From Blasia pusilla (taxonomy: Eukaryota), in the NCBI GenBank assembly GCA_050084515.1, contig CM114271.1:43090001-43154000 (forward strand): a stretch of 64,000 nucleotides of DNA. Direction: 5' to 3'. Shown piece by piece: positions 1 to 13,548 of the stretch; position 1 is the first letter of the stretch; every line of letters begins with the position of its first letter. A program made the translations under genes and the position numbers. Under the pieces are notes generated by a model. That model had not been told where the DNA came from. It saw only the letters and a program-made list of their open reading frames with translations, and searched no databases.

Positions 1-587
1 TTGCTCTAGTTAGAATAAAAAAGGCATGAGAAGTATGCTTGGAATAGGGAATAGATTATGAAGAAGTGAAAGAGAGATCAAGTATGGACGATTAGAAAAG
101 TGGATAGAGGTGTGCAATTGTATTGCTAGAGAGTCCCTTAATATGCCACGCTTCCTAAATTTGTTGACATGAATCAAGTGTATTAAACTATGTTAGAGGA
201 ACCAAGTATGTAGCCCATCCACATGTACACTACCTACCTATTTTGCACCTTTAGTTGAGATTTTATTGTGAGATCTAAAGAATGAATTTGGAATTTTCAC
301 CATAATTAGAAAGTCAAAAACCAAGATTATAATGAATGTACTTGGTATAGGTTTTTGGATTTTAGTCAATGACATATGTAGATAAGTCTATTTCAAAGAT
401 TTTTTCCAAAAATCTCTTACATAGACTCATCATTATCTACCACCCAAAAGCTTTTTGATCCCTCCAAATTGCCTTGCCCACTTTATTTGCCGCCTAATAT
501 AGATGACATTCTCAAAATTTTCTTTTTTGGGATAAAAAGAAAGTTTGTCATTGGAAGAGGGGTAGTTGGCGATTGAGCATCGATAGA

Positions 588-932
588 AGAAGAGCTTCGA
601 TGGAACCTGAACATGGAGATAACTCGACATACGAGAATACGCTACCGCTGCGGCTTCCGACTATTTCACTACTCAGGAAACTAGGGTTTTTTACCTATTT
701 TTCTTTATTTCTATTAATAGAAAAATTTTGCCTCTATTACATCAGGGTGCCTCGCACCGTGATGCAATACAGGATTAGATAATCCTAGTAACGCTACTCC
801 AGAAACCACGTACGCGATATTACTATGACTCCTTCGACGTCCAAGGCTAAACCATCTTTCTAAGCTTCTCCTCATACAAGGGGGCCAATCAAATTAATGG
901 TGCTTAGAGAAGTGGATGTTGAGAATCCAACA
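588..932 (+). mobile_element. Short solo-LTR-like element, copy A (lacks first ~85 bp)
   Basis: Colinear with the copies at 24842, 34609, 34965 and 53026 (AGAAGAGCTTCGATGGAACC...GAGAATCCAACA). Ends in CA at 932. Strand is relative only; TGTGAG-first is called +. Confidence 0.85.
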
Positions 933-1993
933 GTTTTATCATTCATATTTTCTTAGAGATTTTTTTCATCAGTCATTATTTTTTTTTGTTTTGGGAATCA
1001 TATCTTTGAAATTTTTTTTAATGTTCTTATTTTCCAGTGCATTGTACGTGCTATTGAACATAATTTGTTTCTTTTTGAACTTGCATGAGTTGCATGTTTC
1101 CTGATGTAGAATGTTAAGACACATTCATATTGTCCTTTTTCATTCATCATACTAGCATTAAAAAAATCAGAATATTATTCTAATTAGGGGTTAAAAATGT
1201 AGAGCTCTTATTAACTACTTCATATCTTTTCTTAAATTTTAAAACTATTTATGTATATATTATGTATTTTTAGATATTTCCTTAAAAATATATATATTTT
1301 TTCCTTACCACTTGACAGATATTATATGTTCACCAAAATAATCAGCTTAGAAGAAAGATTAGGTAAAAAGGTTAAAGTTTTTAGAGAAGAGTGGTAAAAT
1401 GTAAAAAGATGAATTTCCAAGAAGAAAGGGCTTCATCATGAAAAAAAATCGGTGTTTGATTTTTGTTATGAGAGGGAAGAATAGATAGGGAATTTTAAGG
1501 TGGAGAAAGGAAGAGAGGATGAGAGAAATTTTCAAAAAAAAGAAATGCCAAATAAAGAATGTTGTAAAAGCGTTTAATTTTAAGAGAGACAAGAGAGATT
1601 GTTCGATTTGGAGGAGGTCCTTTTGAACCCTTCCCCTATCCGGATGGAGAGAAAATAATGGGCTCTCTTTGGAGATTAAAATAGGGTATGTGAGTCCCTA
1701 CCCATTTTGGAGGAGACAACAAAATACTTGTTGTCTATATCCCCATCTTTGTCCCTAGCCTTTCATGAGGACAAACATACAAAAGGATGGAAGAATCGAT
1801 TGTCTGCATTTCTATGTAGAGTACATGTATGAAAAGAATCGAGAAAAGAATAAGACTAAGAATGAGTTTGGTGGGTGGATAGTATGAGGAAATTAGAGAG
1901 TTGTTGGAAATAATCCTATGTTATGTATAGAACTAGTTATAGTCCCTCCCTCTCTCTAAGGCAGAAAAATTGATGGGATCCTCCCTATGCAAA

Positions 1994-2030
1994 TGAGATG
2001 CATAGGGTACCTCCGAACCTATGCATCTCA
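1994..2030. repeat. Perfect 13-bp-stem inverted repeat
   Basis: TGAGATGCATAGG (1994-2006), 11-nt loop, CCTATGCATCTCA (2018-2030). Confidence 0.8.
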
Positions 2031-5000
2031 CTGGTAGGAGAAATAGTAACTATAATTGTAGCATGATATAAGTATGCTTCCTCAATCGATTGAATTCACA
2101 TGTGGGAGACAATTTTCTAAACCATACCAATAAAGAAAAGGAATTTTTGGAAACCAAAAAGCCTTCAAGTTGGTCAAACATATGCCTTATATGTTTCATA
2201 TAAGGCATATAAAAGAAAAATGAGATATTAGCTAGAGAAGACAAAACTTAATATGCATTTTACTAGGCATCATAAAAAATTTAAGAAAAATGAAGAGCCT
2301 AGGAGAAAAACTCTAAAAAATTACATCTTGAAAGGGGATTCAAAAATACTAGGATTGTAGAGATTGGGTTAAGAGATTGTCATTAGGCGCTCTTAGAAGA
2401 GTCTATTCCACATATGACGAGGAGGTTCTTGTAATAAGAGGGTGTGTAACAAGGATCCAAGCCAAGGAAGGTTTCAAGGTTCAAGTGGATATTCATTTTT
2501 ATCGTTTATGATATTTTTTGAGAGTGTCTCTTCCTCTTTCAAAATTTTTTATTTTTGGCATTCGACATTTTCAGCCTAGAGGATGTTCACCTTGTGAATC
2601 ATTAAGATCATTTGAAATTGAATTATAATGGTATTTGATAATTACTTAATATTATTTTGGGAGTTAATTGAAATCCATGTATCCCACCCGTGCTAGAAAG
2701 AAATTAGTCCACCATCTTTAATGATCCGAAGTACACATTCGCACAAAGTTACTAAAAGCATGAGATTTTTTAATGCCCACAAAATATACCTCAATAAGTA
2801 GATAATTGTTGTCCATCGTATCTGAACTTATCTCGCCTCGGAGAGTTAAATTGACCATGCAACAGGGAACCTATCCTGTAGTTAGAAATTTGATTAGGAT
2901 TCCGTCGTTTTTGTTACCAAAGACCCCACAGCGTCCATCTTAAAAACTCAAGTTCCGAGGGAAAGCCACATTTTTTACCTCCTCCGAACAACCTGATCTG
3001 CTGCCCTATATGGAAAATCAATCCATTGACGTTAACTAAAGCAATCCTCGTGGATGGATCGAGAGTAACCGAGTCGGGATCAAAGACGGCGAGCGAGAGG
3101 CAAGCTCACTGTTTTGTCCACTTGGGGTGGGCCCCCCCCTGTGGGCTGAAGGTCTTCTGAGCCTTCCGTTTCAACGGGTCTCGCGGCGTGCTTCCCGGGA
3201 CGCGGGAAAATCGGCCCATTTTATGACTATTTTTATAAGTTTCGAGTGGTTTGAGCCTCACGTCTTGACGCTCTCTTTTCGGAGTCTCGCAGCCGTCTTG
3301 TCATTATGTCAATAACCAAACTCCTTTTTGCGACTTCCTTATCTGTTACTCCCACAATTTGGAACACGGAGGTTGTAGTTGAGTCTATAATGACTCTATA
3401 TTTAGCCGTAGATGCTTCATTGTCTTTATCGGTCTTTAAGTACCTACTTATAGTTCTCGACCCATCCATATGCGGATACAAACTGTTTCGTATGGGAACG
3501 AGGGGCTACTAGTTGCTTTGGCCCCATGGTGCAAGCAGACAAACTATGAAAAAAAAGGAAGGCAGGAAAAAAACACGAACAGGGGGATTCATAGAGTGAA
3601 TCACGCCCATGGTGATGAAAATGGGGAAACCCCCTAGAAACTCAAATAACAAAAGTAATAGAGGATCCAACCATAGAAATATGAATACCAAAAATAGGAC
3701 TCTAGAAATGGCATCTCTCACTCTTTGAATGTGTCTCAAAAGCCCATCAACTTGGGAATACTTATACACAAAAGGAATTAGGTTGTTTATAAAATGATAC
3801 AGAAGTATAAAAGTCAAACCATTCCTCAGATAAAGGACTTGACTTGAGCGAGTTCAAATAAAGAAAATAATCAAAACTCTCCTCTAGAATCATTTGTCTC
3901 CTAAACCCTCCCGGGGCCACATCACTTTATTTAATGAATTTTTAAGATAAAATTAATTACACAATATTTTTGATATTCAACATAAACTTTTTGATTTGCA
4001 CCATTAATACAAATGGCCCCTTGTAGGAGGAGAAGCATAATATGCATTGAGTATGAAAGAGTATAGCGCAATGGTTAAAAGAATGACCTAAACCTATTTT
4101 GCATTACAGTGTGGTATTTACATAAATTTCTTAAATTCTATTCTTATAATTGAAATTAGGTCTAGTACCCTAATTTCTAGACTAGTTATAGACTCATAAA
4201 CTTGGGAAACTACTGCAAAGTCGGGGGACCGAGATAGAGCATTCACGTATGTCGAGTTTTTTCCATGTTCAAATTCCATCAAAGTTATGTTCAGAGCACA
4301 TGAACACACTAGGCCATTTTGTATATTCACCATGGCTTGCTTGATAGTGCAGCAATCAACCACTTTCATGTCATATGTTTGCCATATGGCATTGATTGGT
4401 TTTTTGATAACTCAATGATTAATTGGTTCTTTGCATTCCTACTAAGCCATTTAGGTTAGGGTAGTAGAGTCAATTTTAAACTTTGAAACCCTTCACGTTG
4501 TGCAATTGGTGCTCTTGTCTCATACGTACTCTTAACGATTAGGATAAAATTTATTAGGGTTATTCATGATTGATCAGGAGGCTGATATGCACTTTAGGTT
4601 TAAGTGCAGGTGAGGGATCATTTCTTTTGCAATACTAACAAGTTTCTCTACTTCATTTATTCAAACTTTGAATTTGTGCAAGATTCAAAGAGGAAGTTCA
4701 AAAACATACATTTAGTCAAGCATTTGATTGAGGCTCAACTTCCTTAGCTTCATTAATCTGTGTATAGCTTTTGTTGCTCACTATCATGTTAACAAGAGCC
4801 AAGTTCTAATGTTATAACCAATACATTCTTGTTAGGCATTGGAGGGTATTTGAGAATGGTAGTGGTGGTTGATCATGATTCCGTTGTGCTCCTACCATGG
4901 TTTTTTTGTATGCTCCAACTTTGTAACTCCAATTCTACACAACTCCAACAAGATGAGTGTTACTAACAATATTCACTTTTGTTATAAATTTTACATGTAA

Positions 5001-8000
5001 ATAGAGTCATGAATATTACAAAGAAAAATAAAATCCACACAAGGAAAGGGGAAGAAGATAATCAAGAACATCTCTTTAAGGAAGAAAAATTACGCATACA
5101 TGCAACAAATCTATTGCCTTTGGAGATCTCAAAATTGTCTTCCAATTTTCATGAGGAGTGTCTTTGATTCTGCTTAAACGCTAGTGTGGGTAAAGTAGTA
5201 CCTCTACTAAGTGATGAACACCACTCATTAGGGCCATGGAAAAAGTAAAAAATGGTTAAAATGCCTAGTAGGTAAGGAACCAAGTTGAGCCTTCCATACA
5301 ATCTAGACTTCAACAATGTGTAAAAGGGATTCCCTCCCTATTTTAGATGTGCTAGAAGGATAAAAAATACTTTCTAAGGACTATTAAGGTAGTGAAAGGT
5401 GTCGTGCGCATACACATCGGTGGTCACATCTACACACCACACAACATCAATCTTCCCAACACACGGGTTGATCCATCCATAAACCAAACAAACTCACATA
5501 GATACATCGAGACCCCACAACAAAAATAAGAGTAAAAACAGTACACCCAACCTAAAACTCCACTCCTGAATCTACATCAGCATATCAAGCCTCGTCCACC
5601 CTCTGCTATGAGAGAATCCGGACGCTAGCACCCTAGTTCCTAACTCACACATGAGCAAGGCTGCAAGAAAAGTGCTCCATCGGCCCAACATGAGATAGAT
5701 GACTTGGGAAATCCATCTACTTCCCTATCGACTACTAAGATGTGACAAAGGTTTAAGGATTTCTTACTAGAGATTTTTGGATCCCTACAATTTGAGTTGA
5801 GAAGAGCCATATGTAAGCACAAAGCCACAATTGAGACCATACTAGATCTATAGAGAAGCTTCCAAGTGCATTTGTTGCAAACATTGTAAAATCAGATCAT
5901 GAATGTCGGATGTTCATAATCTCTAGTTAGTTCCCATGCCTTTGATGTAAAGGTTATCAAATTTAAAACCTCTCATTATTGTGCAAAAGACCTTGAACTC
6001 ATCAAATGAAAGAAGCTAAAACATGTTGAAATTATGCATACTACTCATGGTTGAGATTATATTGTAAAGTCAAAATCATAGATAAGAGAGAATTATATGA
6101 TAGATTAGTGTATGTGTATGTATAGGAAACATGAAGTACACGATGATACATTTGATAGCCTTTTCCAAAGCAAATTTGGATCAATTGTTGTGTAGCAAGG
6201 ATCTATATAACCAAAAAACCTAAAGTAAAGAAGGATGCTCTTGATAACCAATCTATCTAATTCAAATTTGAGGCTTAGGCTTAAGGTGCATGTCTCTCTT
6301 CAGGAGTCCAAAGAGTTTGGAAACAAAAAGCAAAGGCCAAAAGTGGTGAAACAAAATGAAAATCAAACCATAGTTGAGGCAAAATCTTTATCTCTAGCTT
6401 AGAAATGTACGAGAACTCGCCGAATGCCGTAAATCAATATCAACAAGTTTTTGCAAGGGCTCATGCAAAAATATATCACAAATCATATACCTTCTCTCTC
6501 TCTCATTCATGACATCTCAAGAGAGATACCTTTACTTGGAAAAATGAAGAGAATCCTATGCAAAGATTTTCAAGAGAAAAGAGGCTTCAAAATAAAAGTT
6601 ACAAGAAAAAAGTCCAAGACACACCCTCGCGTGTAATTTGTTCCAAAATGGCAAAAAGCAAATTACTAAGAACCGACCCCATGACATATCTCTTCACACC
6701 TATTGAAACCCCCTTCCTGCTATTCTAACAGGAAGGATTAGAGAAACCCCTTCCCTGCTACTCCAAAAGAAGAGGTTGGAGCATCGCTGTCCCCTTCCAG
6801 GAGTTGTGAACAAATTCTTACCATAGAGGAAGACGGCTGCAAGAGCTTTACTCTCTTCTCCCAAGTTTATGGTTTCATTTCATTTGGTATATCTTCATTT
6901 CGTAAGAGCATCAAACGAAGATTCTGGTTCTCGGAATTTCGGAAACCAGACACTGCACTTGAGAATTACGTACGACATGAGTATGGGGTGTCAGGCTCGT
7001 CATATTCGTGAGTGACTGGGCAAAGTCGTTCTCAGGTACGACGAAATTGGATTGCCCACATTATTCTAACAAAAAGAGAAAAAGAAAAAGAAAATAGAAA
7101 ACCCCTCAGGTCGAGCATGCGATGCGGGAATATCGTTCTAAAGGACAACAGTACAGTGAGCGAGGGCCGTGGATTACAGGCTTGCCCACGTGACACGGAA
7201 TTGGGTGTCACCTCTCCATAAGCTGCTTCCTGTTGTGCCCAACGAAACATACGTGATGAAGACCTCTCCTCCATACATCGCCTATTCTCGGCTCAGCAAA
7301 GATAGCTAGCCCTAGGCAGCCCCCCATTACAGTCCGGTTAACACATACGGGTCCTACCAAAATCCATTGCGGTACGCACGTTCGAGTTAGTCAGAATGGA
7401 TTCTCTGCCCCTGTGGCATTCCGAAGGTCCTGAGAGAAAAATCTGACGGCCGAACTACGATCGAGGGAATAATCGAAGTAAGTCATTTTTGAATAAGGGT
7501 CTAAGTTTGGCCAGGATCCGCAGCACTGGAAGGCCGGAAATCTGCCTGTTCAAATGCGAGAGGGAAACATCGACTGAAGTCAGCTTGAAAGCAGCATTCT
7601 ATTTGGGGGAGGGATCTGTTGCACCGACGGGCCGTTAGTTGAAGTCACAGACGTCATGTAAGTCATATGGGGCAGGACTGGCGACGGAAACGGATATCCT
7701 CAGGGGGAGTGGAAGGAAGATTGGGGAGCTATGGTCGGCGCGCAAAATGAGGATGGCCATGGCGTGGAGTGCTGTACTGCGTTGCTAAAATTCATAAGGT
7801 AAAATCCCGGGGTGATATCTAAGCTGTTGTGGGCACTGGGAACGTGGGGCTTACATTCGCCCGGGGAGTCTCGGAGGATCCGCCTGTTTGGACTCTTGTC
7901 CCATAAAGCCCCAGCGGGTGTCAAATAAAGAACGAGACTGTCCGTGTTCGTATTGGACTGCCCCGTCGAGATCCTCGGTGGGTCGGGCTTGAAGACGGGG

Positions 8001-8677
8001 CTGAAAGTTGGGTGCTTCCAAGTTCCAACTTGTGTCGCCTGTGCCGCGTCCAAGGGTTTGCAGTAGGCTTGGAAGTAGGGGCACTAGAGCTAGCTATAGC
8101 TTTACCGTACGATTGTGGGTCTGCTTTTTCTCCTAGGACACTGGCGAGGAGCTGTAGTGGGTTGAATGTCTAGTGCAATCCTGATGGTCTTATCAGTCTA
8201 GGCCTTCGAACGGACCAGAATCTTCCTATAGTCGTATCTATTAAGTCTGCTTGCTCCCTCAATTCCGTTCAGGCCAACATCAACACAATTTCCGCCATTA
8301 CAGAATTCTGACCGTCTTCGGCCTCAGTGCGACAGCACCTCTTCCAGACTACCACCCCACTCTCAGTTACTCGGAGATTATCTCTTCCGCTCAGATGTCA
8401 ACGTTCTTTTGAGCTCTTCAGACCAATTCCCTGTGTCTGAGGGTATAGAGCTAACATTTGCAGATCTGGCTTTTTCTGGACTTCTCTATGACATGCATGG
8501 TCGCTCCATTTCTTGGGAGTTGTTACATCTCGGGTGTTTCGTAGAGAGCCGGATTTGAATTCTGCCTAATGCGTATCTCGATTGGCTGGACTCCGAAGAA
8601 GCTAACATCTTGAATCGATCCTTAATTTGCGCTGTGTATGCTCTTGGATCCTACTGAGGTAGATCCGAAGAACACAC

Positions 8678-9433
8678 ATGGCAAGTCTACAAGTCGTTTC
8701 CAGATTAGCGACCCCAGCGTTTGCCAAGGTCATCTCTCCAGCGTGTGCTCTGAGAGTGAGTCAAATAACTTGTGGTCCTACTGCCAGAGATGATGGAGAT
8801 GCCATCAATGAAATCGGATCCGCGGCCTCCACTGTCTTTCAACAGGGGAGCTGGGCAAAATTTTCAGGATTTCGAGATGCATGTCTGGATAGAGGCAGGT
8901 GCAGGGCCAGATTGGTAGAGACTGAGGCTCCATTAGCTGCAAGGCCTTCCGAAAGCATGAGGTCCGTGCTGCAAGGTTCCTTCGAAACTGAGGCGATGGT
9001 AGGCCGAGTAGAGTGTAACAACAGAGGTTGCCGGCCGATCTACGATGAGAGAGACAGCATCGGGGTTTTGGATGACGAGCAAGCTGCAGACGAAGATTCT
9101 GGTGCTATGGAAGTGCGTGCTGCGGTGTACACTTCCAGAAGCGTTACCAAAGACATGGAAATCAGGCCCAAAGGAGGATTTTCTCTCGACTTTGCGGAGT
9201 TCTTGAATGAAATGTGGATGGAGAAAACAACCGCAACCAAGTACTTCGAGCTGGCTTTGAGGAAGAATCCAAATGATGCAAGAATTTTGTTACACTATGC
9301 TCACTTTTCATGGAAGACTCTCGGTGATCTGGACAAGGCTGATGATCTCTTCACTAGAGCACTGGAGGAGTCACCGAATGACGCCGATGCTCATGCGAGC
9401 TACGCCCTGTTCTTGTGGCAGTTGGACGAGTGA
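8678..9433 (+). CDS. Tetratricopeptide-repeat (TPR)-like superfamily protein, 251 aa, possible plastid transit peptide
   Basis: Uninterrupted ATG-TGA ORF in CpG-rich DNA. The C-terminus has two TPR-like units typical of this plant family (YFELALRKNPNDARILLHYAHFSW...ADDLFTRALEESPNDADAHASYALFLW). The Ser/Ala/Arg-rich N-terminus suggests a transit peptide (inference). Confidence 0.88.
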   Translation: MASLQVVSRLATPAFAKVISPACALRVSQITCGPTARDDGDAINEIGSAASTVFQQGSWAKFSGFRDACLDRGRCRARLVETEAPLAARPSESMRSVLQGSFETEAMVGRVECNNRGCRPIYDERDSIGVLDDEQAADEDSGAMEVRAAVYTSRSVTKDMEIRPKGGFSLDFAEFLNEMWMEKTTATKYFELALRKNPNDARILLHYAHFSWKTLGDLDKADDLFTRALEESPNDADAHASYALFLWQLDE

Positions 9434-12187
9434 ATATTAAATAGGCTCATGTATATATTAGCTCGTATCCATTCTTGTTCAAAGTGTAGCATGAAAAACT
9501 CGATCGCAAAGATATGATCCGACCCTGTTCTTCGGCAAATATCCGGGTGTACATTATACGTGGTGAGCTTGTAATTAGAAGTGTGGTCATCTTAATGGCT
9601 TGTGATGCACGTTGGACTTTTTCCAAGAATTCGTTCCAGCTCACTGCTCTATGGTCTTCAATAAATTTTCTGTGCGTGTACTTGACACGATTTCTCGTGA
9701 CATTTTACATGCGCTCGTATTTGTGATGCTGGAAGTCTGGACTGTGCCTCGTTCGATTGTGGGTTTTAGATGGTGATGAAGATTCACAGATTTTTTGACT
9801 TAGCATGAACAGTCGTGCATTGCTGACGTGATCCTGTATGTAGCAAGGTTGTAACCGTCGTGGAAGGTTCATTTCCCGTTAAAACGCTCATGGACGTCCT
9901 TCTGGTCCAGACCAGCTCAAGTTCACGAGTTCACTAAATCACTAAATCAACTTTCAACCGTTACCCTCCTTGCGACAAGTCTATCGCTATCTGAAATTGT
10001 GATAGTTTGTTGCATACATATTTATTATCTCTGCGGGTCGAGTGAAGCATGCAAGTCGTGGGAGGCAGATTTGTGAATCATCCTGGTAGCCTTCGGGCCT
10101 CGCGGAGACGTTTCAGTGAAAGGATATACACCGGTATTACCTTCATCGATTGTTCATTATGGAGTTGGCATCCGGGTGGAGTTGCATGCCTTCTCCAAAG
10201 CTTGGCACATCTTAGTATACCCCGCAGTAGATAAGGTAGTATTTTGGAATTACGATGCTTTTCATGAACGCCAGTTTTTGTAACTGACGTGGATCTTCTC
10301 CACCGGATGCGGTATGTCACTGTAGCTTCAATGAGGATTCAATAGCCAGTCGAAGGACGCCTTTTGCGGTGTACTTCCAGGCGATATAGTAGAGTTAGTA
10401 GAGATCTCGATTCGGGTCTCCTTAATTGAATTTGCTTCAGATGTAAACTTGGAGACGGTGAGTGTATAGTTTCGAGATCGACCTGAAGTGAGGGTGGCGG
10501 GCTACTGGAGGATTTCTGCTGGTAGAGCATGTGGAATAATCTATGTATATATCGTGAGCGTTGTTGGAACTCGATAGTTTGAAGGCAAGCCAAAGATTCT
10601 GTAATTTACTCCGGGTCATCGGACTCATGAAAGTTTAGAAGTTTGTTCTCCTTGTTCATGTAGTGAAACTCGAAAGCTACAATCTTCATGCCTAGACTGA
10701 TCCTCCGAAATGCAATGCGTATCTTGGAGCAGTTCAGGTTTTCCAAGTGGCTTAGTGGACGCAGAAAAGGTTTGTATTTGTAATTAAGACGAAAAAAACC
10801 GTGCCGCTTATGCAGTTATGGATGTTACAAACCGTGTTTCTTGTCTCCGAGGCTGTGAGTTTCGGACGGGGCGATCGGAAGCTAATGAGTTCATGTTAAG
10901 TGGAAGGAATTCCAAAGGACGTCTTTTTGCCTCGTACTTGAATCCAAGCACGTTGCGAGAGTTTCTTTCTGAACCTGTGACTCCAATCGCCAGGTAAATT
11001 TCTCGGAAGGTAAATTGGATCTGTCTCGCATTTGTTTTGCAATTGCTCTTTGGAGTACCGTAGAAGTTATTGTGGCATGGTCAAATTAAGATTCCTTCTT
11101 GCAGGCATCTTCGACATCCCGGTTCCGCAGGAGCGATTGGAAGTGCTGGAAGTCTGGATAACGAGCTCTGTATCTATCACCAACTCTCCCATCATCTACC
11201 GGAACGGTGGGCCGAAAGGGAGTTGTTAGCATCTGCACCTTTAGGACATCTGCGGTGACGTGGGAAGAAAGAGTAGTTGGAATGTCTGAGTGAACAGAAA
11301 GGTGGAGGTGTTATTCTTTCCCAAGTTGCAGGAATGCCCATGGTCACGTCAAGGTCAATCTCGCTGGCCTGCAAGGCTTTCTCATTTATCGTTAAGCCCT
11401 ACAAGACTATGAAATTGAATCAGATTTATTCTCTATGGACGCTGAAGTCTCACAGGAGTCCAAGTTAATTGTGTACATGCGTCAAGTGTCCGAGGAAAGT
11501 CGGCGATTCGAGAGATGTTCTCATCAGAACTCTAGCACATCTCGGAAATTTTGTGGTTTTATATTCCCGGGGCAATCGGTCTCCGAGTTCCTGTGGCAGT
11601 TCGCAGACTTGAAATCTTAACGTGATATGTGATTTCAACGATAACATTTGCTTTAGTTTGTTTACCAGGTCTTATTGTCGTATGATTGACAAGTGGATGA
11701 TGCATGCCGCGCAGGTCTTAATTCGTAGATATCATTGTTCGATTCCGCACGTTTGCAATTTGTAGACGAATATGCTCACCGCAAGAATCCCCAGTTGAAA
11801 ATGGGCACGTATCGCAGAAGCGGAAGCCGCCCCATCGGCCAGCACCGCCGCGTGATGTGTTGTCATTGAGTCCTTGCAAGCCTCCATGTGTGCTGTCAAT
11901 CTGCGAGGTTGCCAACGCAACCATCGAGAGAATGTACCCAAGGAACGGAGTATATCGTTTTTCCTTCTTTGAACAGTCATCCGACACCCGATCGCACTAG
12001 CTAGCACGGTCGACAGAAGATAACCATTCTTGCTTGCGCTGCGAAGACTAAACACGAGAAAATTCGATGGTAGTTGAGAAGCCATCGACTCCTTCGATCC
12101 TTCGGGAAGAAGAGCTGTCTGGAAAATCTGCATGTCACGTATGATACAAAGCAAGACGAGCCTTTTCAAGGATTATTTATGGAGACG

Positions 12188-12218
12188 GTGGGGGGAGAGG
12201 GGGGGGGGGCCGGGGGGC
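12188..12218 (+). other. G-run tract, potential G-quadruplex
   Basis: Closely spaced long G-runs (GGGGGG-AGA-G11-CC-GGGGGG). Confidence 0.5.
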
Positions 12219-12256
12219 AGTAGTTCGGAGCAGGCGATTGACGAGGCGCTGCAGAT

Positions 12257-12408
12257 GGTGCTGATGGTAGTCATGATAAGGCGCTGTACCCGGTGCTGAT
12301 AGTAGTCATGACAAGGCGCTGTACCCGGTGCTGATGGTAGTCATGACAAGGCGCTGTACCCGGTGGTGATGGTAGTCATGACAAGGCGCTGTACCCGGTG
12401 CTGATAGT
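12257..12408. repeat. 35-bp minisatellite, ~4.3 copies
   Basis: Unit GGTGCTGATGGTAGTCATGACAAGGCGCTGTACCC starts at 12257, 12292, 12327, 12362 and partially at 12397. Copies are head-to-tail and nearly identical. Confidence 0.95.
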
Positions 12409-13507
12409 GCCTACGATCGTGCAGGCGATTTGCGGTCTCCAGCAGTCTGGAGACCCGATGTTTGGGTTAAAGTTCCCAAGCTTGTCACATGCTGCCGTGA
12501 GCCAGGTCCGGGATTATCGACGTCCATCGATTCAAAGGCAGACAAACTCCCCGAGTGGAAGACGCCAAAACTCCTTTAGAAGGAACACTTACCAGAGGTA
12601 GCAACTGCTGTCGTGAAGATTTGCGGGTCATTCGCCGGACATAGCTACAGATTGAGGCACCAGAAAGTTTAGAAATTACATCATCTGGATTTTATATCGT
12701 TTGTGAGATTATCTCATTGTGCGGTCGCTGGAGATTCAACCGTCTTGCGACCTGATAATGTGTGTAGATTCCTAACGTCAGATCGCGGCTGCAGAATGTC
12801 CGGTTGGGATCTGTGGTTGTCCTTTCAGATCAGAGCTATGGGCGGCCACGATGATAATGAGCTCAACTCCTCCAAAACAGCTAAATGCCGAAACTCTTCT
12901 CAGGTAATCAGACTACCCATAATTGAGAAAATTTTGAAATTTTAATAGATCTTGTGAATTTTGAATAGATCTTGCCACACATGCTGACAATGTCTTTCAG
13001 GTTTGATAAGTATCTTATGCTCATAGTAGTTCGGATGTAGACCAATCTATTAGGAAAACCGCTGTTTAAGTAGAAGTTGCAAATTGCCGCCTCTGCCTAA
13101 AACTTCCGGACAAGGACGGCCAGGGAATTACAGCAGTCCGCTGTATGTCCCTGGCCCGGAATCCCCCGTTGAACTTCCTTTGCTCTACCAATCATTGCCA
13201 ATGATTTGATACTTGTAAGATAGTTTTTACTTTTCTTATCTAATATATAGCGTCTACATAGCACGGTGTACGAGTGCTCTTATAAGTGCTCCAAGTTTGA
13301 ATACTGGTTTTGTCCACGTCCACCGAAATCTTAGATTTGATTCATGACACTGCGTCATGGGATCTGTTCAGCACAGGGAAAGGAAGGGATCCAGAAATTC
13401 TCACGTCGTTCTAGACGTCAAATACATGAACTAGTCTTAAAGTACATGAACTAAATTATATACCACGGGCATCCAGGAAAGGAGGTTAGAGTTAGAGTTC
13501 GCTCACT

Positions 13508-13548
13508 ACACTTTTCCCCACACTTTTCCCACACTTTTCCCCACACTT
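13508..13548. repeat. Short tandem repeat (ACACTTTTCCC[C]) x~3.5
   Basis: Directly visible. Confidence 0.85.

Noticed and set aside
573..782. Recurring small ORF (RRASMEPEHGDNSTYE...) as a peptide gene family
   Set aside because: It lies inside the repeated short LTR, and the start codon, length and frame are not conserved between copies.
1..6900. Classification of the AT-rich left region
   Set aside because: It is probably old TE debris, but no diagnostic motif, TIR or TSD could be supported apart from the LTR copy at 588-932.
12257..12408. 35-bp repeats as a CRISPR array
   Set aside because: The units are directly adjacent with no unique spacers, there are no cas genes, and the context is eukaryotic.
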